This document shows positions 10,418 to 16,662 of a DNA stretch of 21,462 nucleotides, one piece after another. Source of the DNA: Thainema sp. (lineage in GTDB: Bacteria; Cyanobacteriota; Cyanobacteriia; Phormidesmidales; Phormidesmidaceae). The notes under the pieces are model-generated. The model saw only the letters and a program-made list of their open reading frames with translations. It was not told the DNA's origin and searched no databases. The translations under genes were made by a program, and so were the position numbers. Numbering within the stretch: position 1 is the first letter of the stretch; each line of letters opens with the position of its first letter. The stretch lies in NCBI GenBank assembly GCA_052168235.1, contig JBQLZK010000093.1:1-21462 (forward strand), written 5' to 3'.

Positions 10418-10461
10418 CTAGAACAAGTTTTAGAGCATGTTTAGAGCATGTCTAGAACAAG
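10418..10461. repeat. Four imperfect direct repeats TAGA(A/G)CA(A/T)G at 11-12 nt spacing
   Basis: Units start at 10419 (TAGAACAAG), 10431 (TAGAGCATG), 10442 (TAGAGCATG) and 10453 (TAGAACAAG). Confidence 0.7.
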
Positions 10462-10622
10462 CATGACTTCAGCCAGGGAACTAATCCAATCATCATTTCT
10501 GAAGTGAGCTGATGTTGCCAACTATTTTCCAGAAACAACTGGGTTCTCTAACCCACAGACTTGGAGTGAGATGTCGTGAGGTTAAGATTTAGAATGATGA
10601 ATAGGACTATAGCGCAGTACAC

Positions 10623-10853
10623 ATGAATAACCCCACCACCCGTCCGGAACAATCTGGTGAAAAAGTATCGCTTTCGATTAGTATCGACCCTGAACTGTTG
10701 GATCAAGTACAGCACTTGACCAGCGATCCGAGCAAAGTGATTGAAGTGGCGTTACGCCAGTGGTTACGGGGTGGTGCACGCCGCGATGATGATTTATCCC
10801 GGACGCTACCGCGCAATCCGCCTGTACCCCCTCGGGGTGAATGGAACGATTGA
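10623..10853 (+). CDS. Small ribbon-helix-helix protein (CcdA/CopG-like N-terminus) with a proline-rich tail
   Basis: KVSLSISIDPELLDQVQHLTSDPSKVIEVALRQWL fits an RHH fold; C-terminus PPVPPRGEWND. An AGGA lies upstream. Confidence 0.7.
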   Translation: MNNPTTRPEQSGEKVSLSISIDPELLDQVQHLTSDPSKVIEVALRQWLRGGARRDDDLSRTLPRNPPVPPRGEWND

Positions 10854-10946
10854 TCCGGTTTTCCAATGGGTATAAAAGAAAGAAGGAGTAGGTTTATAGA
10901 CGGAGACACCGCTTCTATTGCCGCCCGATCGCATCCTTAATCCGGA

Positions 10947-12440
10947 ATGCTAGTTATGAGTTTGCCTGCCAAATCGTCAACTGCTTATGATTCAGCCCAT
11001 TACCAGCGGTTACTGAATCAAATTACCTGGAATATTCGACGAACTCTAGATTTAGAGACAATTTGGCAGCAAACGGTGGAGGGATTTGGGCAAGCGCTAC
11101 AGGTGAGCCGCTGTCTAGTTTTCGATTATCAAGATGATCGCCATCAGCGCGTTTTGCCCCAGGCCGAATACTGTACAGATTTGGTTGAATCGTGCTTGGA
11201 GTATTACGATTGCCCTGAACTACGCCAGCTTGTTCAGGAAGCGCTGCTGTCGCTCAAGCCAGTTTGCCAGCCCATTTCTATTCCTGCCGCTGATGCCACA
11301 GCTCAGCCCAGTGCAATTGAGCTAGCGGGTAGCGCGAATCCAGCAAACGCGGCAGTCAATTCATCGCAGCGTTCTACGGTTTCTTGCTTAGCGATCGCAA
11401 CTTGCTATCAGGATCAGCCAAATGGGTTGGTCATCCTCCAGCAGTGTAATGCGGTTCGAGAATGGACTGAGCTAGAAATTCAATTTGCCCAAGATCTGGC
11501 GGATCAGGTTGGAACTGCGATCGCACATGCCAGCCTGTTTGATGAAAGCCAAACCCTGGCGCGAGAATTGCAGCGGGTCAACGAAGACCTGCTCGAAAAG
11601 CATCGAGAACTGGCTGAGGCCAAACATCAAGCGGAAGAAGCCCGCAAACAGGCCGAAGAAGCATCCCGGCTCAAAAGTGAGTTTCTGGCCAACACATCCC
11701 ATGAACTGCGTACGCCGCTGAACGGCATGATTGGCTTTCTCAAGCTGGTGCTGGATGGGATGGCCGATGATCCGGAAGAGCAAAACGAGTTTGTGCATGA
11801 GGCGTATCAGTCGGCAGTCCATCTGTTGCAAATCATCAACGACATTCTGGATATCGCCAAAATTGAAGCGGGCAAGATGCAAATTGAGATGAATCCGGTC
11901 AAGCTGATCGATTTACTCAATGCCGTCGAAAACTTCACCCGCACCCAGGCCGAACAAAAGAATCTCAAGTTCGAAATCCTCATGCCTGCTACCCGCGATG
12001 AAGTGCTGCTCTATGGCAACTATCAGCGGTTGTTGCAGGTGCTGCTCAACTTGGTCGGCAACGCGATTAAGTTTACCCACGAAGGCAGCGTCACGATTAG
12101 CGCCGAAGTGTTGCCAAAGCCGCCGGACGTGCCGAGTGATGCCTGGTCGGGATTTGCCAAGCTGAGCGTGGCGGATACAGGCATTGGCGTTTCGCTGGAC
12201 AAGCAAGACAAACTGTTCCAGTCCTTCAGCCAAGTGGATGGCTCCCGCACGCGCCAGTATGGCGGTACAGGTTTGGGGCTGACGATTTCGCAAAAGCTGG
12301 TAGAAGCAATGGGCGGCGAAGTCAACTTCTACAGCATGGGTGAGGGGTTAGGCTCAACAGTGACGTTTACCGTGCCGCTCTATCAGGAGCCGGTGATGAT
12401 TTCGTCCGAGGGCGATTCTTTGGTCGATCTGCAAAGTTAA
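10947..12440 (+). CDS. Cytoplasmic GAF-HisKA-HATPase sensor histidine kinase with no receiver domain
   Basis: GAF (IRRTLDLETIWQQTV...REWTELE...LADQVGTAIAHA), a coiled coil, H-box FLANTSHELRTPLN, N-box NLVGNAIKFT, G1 DTGIG and G2 GGTGLGL. The start may be 10956. Confidence 0.93.
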   Translation: MLVMSLPAKSSTAYDSAHYQRLLNQITWNIRRTLDLETIWQQTVEGFGQALQVSRCLVFDYQDDRHQRVLPQAEYCTDLVESCLEYYDCPELRQLVQEALLSLKPVCQPISIPAADATAQPSAIELAGSANPANAAVNSSQRSTVSCLAIATCYQDQPNGLVILQQCNAVREWTELEIQFAQDLADQVGTAIAHASLFDESQTLARELQRVNEDLLEKHRELAEAKHQAEEARKQAEEASRLKSEFLANTSHELRTPLNGMIGFLKLVLDGMADDPEEQNEFVHEAYQSAVHLLQIINDILDIAKIEAGKMQIEMNPVKLIDLLNAVENFTRTQAEQKNLKFEILMPATRDEVLLYGNYQRLLQVLLNLVGNAIKFTHEGSVTISAEVLPKPPDVPSDAWSGFAKLSVADTGIGVSLDKQDKLFQSFSQVDGSRTRQYGGTGLGLTISQKLVEAMGGEVNFYSMGEGLGSTVTFTVPLYQEPVMISSEGDSLVDLQS

Positions 12441-12501
12441 AATTACGTCGCCATCCATACGCTACGACGACGTTCAGCATGTGCAATCCAAGAGCGCAGT
12501 C

Positions 12502-13332
12502 ATGGATAAAATTGGCACCTATGAGGAACAAAGATTCCCAGCGTTTCGAAATCCAACGCTGGATACGCTAGATCTGGGGCAAGCCAAGCATCACATTCCG
12601 CTCTTACTCGAAGTTGATGTCACTGAGGCTCGCGATCGCATCCGTGATCTGCAAGCGCAAACGGGTGAAAAGCTCTCGTTTACGGGTTTCGTTATCAAAT
12701 GTATCGGTCAAGCCATCACCGAACATAAGCCAATTCACGCAATGCGCAAAGGCAAGACGAAGCTGGTTATTTTTGATGATGTCGATGTGTCTGTTTTAGT
12801 GGAACGGGTTGTTGATCAAGGTGATCATCGTTCGACATCGCTACCGATGCCCTATGTGGTGAGGCGAGCGAATCAGAAAACGGTGCAGGAAATCAGTGAC
12901 GAGATTCGCACCGCTCAAGCCGAGTCTCTTCAAGCTGGAGAAGTCCAACTCGATGGTCATCAAAACGCGAATTTAACCAAAATCTTTATGTTGATGCCCA
13001 AATTTATCCGAAATTTGCTGGTCTGGCGGCGGCTAGTTCACGATCCGTTTTTTGCCAAACAAGCGATGGGAACAGTAGTGGTTTCATCAATGGGCGGTGC
13101 GGCGAAATATAGCGGCTATGGCTGGGCAATTCCGATTGGGATTCATCCGGTGATTTTTGCGCTGGGTAATATTGCTAGAAAACCGGGTGTGGTCGGTGAC
13201 GAAATCCTGATCCGGGAGTATTTAAGCCTGACCATTCTGTTTGACCATGATGTTACCGATGGTGGCCCAGCAATCCGGTTTGCTCAGCGATTAAATGAGT
13301 TACTCGAAGCTGGATATGGTCTGGATGCGTAA
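12502..13332 (+). CDS. Stand-alone 2-oxoacid dehydrogenase E2-type acyltransferase catalytic domain
   Basis: EVDVT, KLSFTGFVIK, GTVVVSSMG, REYLSLTILFDHDVTDG (DHxxxDG) and RF..RL.ELLE. No lipoyl or subunit-binding domain. ATG 12502 is preferred over GTG 12481. Confidence 0.85.
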   Translation: MDKIGTYEEQRFPAFRNPTLDTLDLGQAKHHIPLLLEVDVTEARDRIRDLQAQTGEKLSFTGFVIKCIGQAITEHKPIHAMRKGKTKLVIFDDVDVSVLVERVVDQGDHRSTSLPMPYVVRRANQKTVQEISDEIRTAQAESLQAGEVQLDGHQNANLTKIFMLMPKFIRNLLVWRRLVHDPFFAKQAMGTVVVSSMGGAAKYSGYGWAIPIGIHPVIFALGNIARKPGVVGDEILIREYLSLTILFDHDVTDGGPAIRFAQRLNELLEAGYGLDA

Positions 13333-13542
13333 AGCTAAATTATGCTAGGCCATGCTGATAAATATGTGCGATCGCACTTTTCACAGCATGTTAATCAAGG
13401 AGAGAAAAGTGAAATTTATGTTATCTGTCAGTAGTCACAGTTAGGCTTCAGAACAGAAGAGAGAATTATTGGGATATTTTGTTCCTGCCTGAAACTAAGC
13501 GCAGATCGTCCACCTCAAGCAAAATTGGCAGACAAGCTGTGA

Positions 13543-13760
13543 GTAGGTGAGTTTCAGATCGATGATTATGTATTCCCAGTCAGTGAAGGAACAGTTGTAC
13601 GAGTAGATCCTGAAGGGGAACGCTGTGTACGAAACACTTCAAAGACTGAAGACTGGTGCTGTGTAGTGATTTAATCGCGCAAAAATTCTTATCCGGATCA
13701 TACGATTCAAGACGGTTTCGGTGTTCAGAAGCGAGTTAGATGGATTGGAAAGCAACAGTT
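13543..13760 (+). pseudogene. 3' fragment of a cupin-domain gene with an in-frame stop
   Basis: Manual translation gives VGEFQIDDYVFPVSEGTVVRVDPEGERCVRNTSKTEDWCCVVI*SRKNSYPDHTIQDGFGVQKRVRWIGKQQ. This fits the second cupin motif; TAA at 13672-13674, and no start or first motif upstream. Confidence 0.7.
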
Positions 13761-13854
13761 TATAGCGGTTCTAGATAAAAGCGAGAGAGGAGAGTGCCTC
13801 AGGATGAGGCACTCTCCTCTCTCGCTTTCTCACCCTTAATTGGAATCACTATAA
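13760..13854. mobile_element. MITE-like element with TTATAG...CTATAA termini and a perfect 24-bp internal hairpin
   Basis: The left end TTATAGCGGTTCTA and right end TGGAATCACTATAA are imperfect inverted repeats. AAAGCGAGAGAGGAGAGTGCCTCA (13778-13801) pairs with TGAGGCACTCTCCTCTCTCGCTTT (13805-13828). Confidence 0.6.
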
Positions 13855-14014
13855 TCCGAGGCAATGATGGCAGAACAAGTGGTCAGATCAGACTGATAGC
13901 AGATCTCGATGATGCTGCAAAATTTAGAGTAGCACCGTGCAGCAAAGCGTTAGGCAAAACATCATGATAGAAATGGTTGATGAGCCTGCAATAAGCTAAG
14001 ACGGTTAGCAAAAC

Positions 14015-15250
14015 CTACACTGAAACCAGTAGCTTCTTTTGCAAACTCGTTTGCGCGACTACCTTTCCTCGCTTAATCGTCGTGCGACTAGCCGGAGCAG
14101 TTGCCACGGCCTCGGAGGCTGAAGTTGCATCTAAAATGACCAAATCCGCTGCACAGCCCGCCGCGATACCGTAATTATGAACGCCAATTGCTTGTGCTGC
14201 GCGAGTAGTCGCCATCTCCAGGCAAAGTTCATGCCCGGTTGTTGTGCCCAACTGCAGCACCTGGGCGATCAGCGTGGCAATTTTCAACACATCGCCATCG
14301 CCAAAGGGCGTGAAAAGATTTTGCACATTATTGGTCGCAATCCCCGCATTAACACCTTGCTGAATCAAGTAGTGGATTGGGGCCACACCGCGCCGGACAT
14401 TATGCGTATCGGCCCGCGACATCATGTAGAGATCCGATGCCGGTAAGGCCAAAATCGAAATGCCAGCTGCGCGTAATCCTGCTGCGATCGCATCCAATTC
14501 TGCGGGAGACAACCCTGCCAATCGCGTCATATGACCGAGACAAACCCGTCCCTGCCAGCCCCGCCGCAGCGTTTCCTCAATGACAACCGACACCAGCATT
14601 GGGTCATCGTTATCTAAAAAATCGAGATGGAAATCAACATCACAGTCAACATCCTGCGCAATATCAAAAATCGTTCGAATGTTGCCGACCGGATCTGGAT
14701 CAACATAGGGCGCTGAGCCAACCAAATCCGCGCCCATTGATAGCGCCTGTCTCAATAAATCTTCCGTTCCTGGTTGATTAGAAATCCCTTCTTGCGCAAA
14801 GGCTGCAATCTGGAGCGTGATGCCCCAGTCGTATTTCTGCTGCAGCGGCAGCAGAGTTTCCATTGCCATCAGCCCAATCACCGGGTCAACCTCGACATGG
14901 CTCCGCATGGCCGTGACGCCAAATGCGATCGCAGACTCCAAAATTCGGCAAGCCCGCTGGTGAATATCTGCGGGGGTGAACTGCTGCTTCAGGCGCAGCG
15001 TCTGCTCGAGCGCTTCAGCAAACGTTCCTTCCTGAGCGGGATACTGGCTCAGCAGCAGTGCCTTGTCGAGGTGAATATGACTATCGACTAAACCCGGAAT
15101 CACCAGCTTATTCTGAGCATCAACTAGCTGCGCTGCCGAAGCGCTAATCTGCGGCGCAACGTCAACAATGCGGCCATCCGCGATCGCAATCTCCTGCGGT
15201 TCGTCATAGCCAACTGCGATCGCACGGGTGATTTTTAGATCCAGATCCAT
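14015..15250 (-). CDS. Metal-dependent amidohydrolase, cytosine deaminase (CodA)/AtzC-like family; substrate uncertain
   Basis: PGLVDSHIHLDKA (HxH), RSHVEVD, AFAQEG, DFHLDF, LGHMT and ADLVILDA. Confidence 0.85.
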   Translation of the reverse strand: MDLDLKITRAIAVGYDEPQEIAIADGRIVDVAPQISASAAQLVDAQNKLVIPGLVDSHIHLDKALLLSQYPAQEGTFAEALEQTLRLKQQFTPADIHQRACRILESAIAFGVTAMRSHVEVDPVIGLMAMETLLPLQQKYDWGITLQIAAFAQEGISNQPGTEDLLRQALSMGADLVGSAPYVDPDPVGNIRTIFDIAQDVDCDVDFHLDFLDNDDPMLVSVVIEETLRRGWQGRVCLGHMTRLAGLSPAELDAIAAGLRAAGISILALPASDLYMMSRADTHNVRRGVAPIHYLIQQGVNAGIATNNVQNLFTPFGDGDVLKIATLIAQVLQLGTTTGHELCLEMATTRAAQAIGVHNYGIAAGCAADLVILDATSASEAVATAPASRTTIKRGKVVAQTSLQKKLLVSV

Positions 15251-15272
15251 CGTTTCCTAAATCGTTTCCTAA
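15249..15272 (-). repeat. Exact 12-bp tandem duplication containing the ribosome-binding site
   Basis: The minus strand reads TTAGGAAACGAT-TTAGGAAACGAT-G; the second copy supplies the AT of the start codon. Confidence 0.85.
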
Positions 15273-15303
15273 TTGGTACAGGTCACACACATTCTTTGAC
15301 TCA

Positions 15304-15346
15304 AGAATACAGCGGCTCTATCAACGGCAGAACTACTTTAGGATAC
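15304..15346 (-). promoter_or_regulatory. Candidate NtcA-activated (class II) promoter of the amidohydrolase
   Basis: Minus strand tGTA-TCCTAAAG-TAG (15346-15333) is one mismatch from GTA-N8-TAC. It is followed after 23 nt by TATTCT (TAN3T, 15309-15304). Confidence 0.5.
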
Positions 15347-15433
15347 AGAGGAACTGATTCTAACCATGAAAAAAATCAATCGCAACAGTAATCAGGCTCA
15401 ATACTAAATGCTCTCTGGGATATTCAATGTTCT

Positions 15434-16504
15434 CTAGGTCAAAAACTGCCGCAGCAGTGCCAACAGCCGCTGGTTTTGTTCGTCCGTGCCAACCGTAATG
15501 CGCAATTTATCATCTAAACCCGGCTGTTTGAAGTAGCGCACTAGCAGTCCTTGATCTTTCAAAAACTGCTGAATCTCTGCCGCATTCCCAGCGGGAGGAC
15601 GGGCCAGCAAAAAATTGGTTTGAGACGGCAGGACATCAAAGCCCAGTGCTTGCAATGCATCAAACAGCTCAGCCCGCGATACTTTTACCTGCTCCGCACA
15701 GGCATTTTTATACTCCTGATCGCGCATAGCTGCCGAACCGACTAGAGTTGCGATCGCATCAATGTTGTAGCTGTCTTTGACTTTGAATAATCCACTCAGC
15801 AAGCTGGGCTGGGCCATGCCAAATCCTAATCGCAGGCCTGCGAGCGAGTAGCCCTTTGACAAAGTGCGAATCACGATCACGTTATCGAACTCACGAATCA
15901 GCGGCAGCGCCGTCTCATCAGCAAAATCAACATAGGCTTCATCAATGACCAGCACACCAGATAGATTCGCCGCCAATCGCCGCAGTTGCTCATTGGGAAC
16001 CACGTGTCCTGACGGACTATTCGGCGTCGCAATGAACGTAACGGCAGCATCTTCAGCGATTAGGGCATCAATTGGCAGTTCAAATCCGTCGCCATAGGGA
16101 ATCTCAACCGCTTGAGCAGGCTGGATTTCGGCCAGTGTGCGATACAGCACATAGGTGGGCATCGGATAGGCTACCGTTCGGTTACCCTCCGCACAGGCGC
16201 GAATCACTACATTCAAAATTTCGTCGCTGCCGTTGCCAACAATGACCCAGTCCGAGGGCACACCTAGAGCTTCCTGCACCGCCTGCCGAAACGCATTGGC
16301 ATAGGGATCGGGATAGCGCCGCAGCCATTCGCTATCCAAATGATGCAGCACGTCCAGCGCTTTAGGCGAGGGCGGATAGGGATTTTCGTTGGTGTTGAGT
16401 TTGATGATTGATGTGCCCGGTTTGGGCTGTTCACCGGGCACATAGCCCGTCATGGCAGCCACATTGGGACGAAAGATAGCAGGTTTCGGCTTGGCAGCGG
16501 TCAT
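15434..16504 (-). CDS. hisC: Histidinol-phosphate aminotransferase
   Basis: YVPGEQP, KLNTNENPY, RYPDP, GNGSDE, DEAY, RTLSKGYSLAGLRLG (PLP lysine) and LRITVGT. Confidence 0.93.
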   Translation of the reverse strand: MTAAKPKPAIFRPNVAAMTGYVPGEQPKPGTSIIKLNTNENPYPPSPKALDVLHHLDSEWLRRYPDPYANAFRQAVQEALGVPSDWVIVGNGSDEILNVVIRACAEGNRTVAYPMPTYVLYRTLAEIQPAQAVEIPYGDGFELPIDALIAEDAAVTFIATPNSPSGHVVPNEQLRRLAANLSGVLVIDEAYVDFADETALPLIREFDNVIVIRTLSKGYSLAGLRLGFGMAQPSLLSGLFKVKDSYNIDAIATLVGSAAMRDQEYKNACAEQVKVSRAELFDALQALGFDVLPSQTNFLLARPPAGNAAEIQQFLKDQGLLVRYFKQPGLDDKLRITVGTDEQNQRLLALLRQFLT

Positions 16505-16662
16505 AGATCGTACGTTAGGCGAGTAGGAGCAGCGGTCTTGAAGAAAACCAAGACTACTATTTTAGATCGATGGTAGGGGCAGATTGCGATCGCAGTCCTG
16601 AAAACTCACTGGAGTGCCCATTGCCTTACGACAGAATCGGGCCGCTTGCGTAGACTGGGAAT

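Noticed and set aside
10418..10461. CRISPR-like array
   Set aside because: The units are 9-12 nt with no spacers, and there are no cas genes.
11472..12325. Antisense and alternate-frame ORFs inside the kinase, and similar ones inside lepA, ndbB, the glycosyltransferase, mutL and the GH13 gene
   Set aside because: They are shadows of well-supported genes and show no protein-family features.
13409..13444. Tiny ORF GTG AAA TTT ATG...TAG after an AAGGAG sequence
   Set aside because: It has only 11 codons, shows no cupin-like sequence and cannot be supported as a gene.
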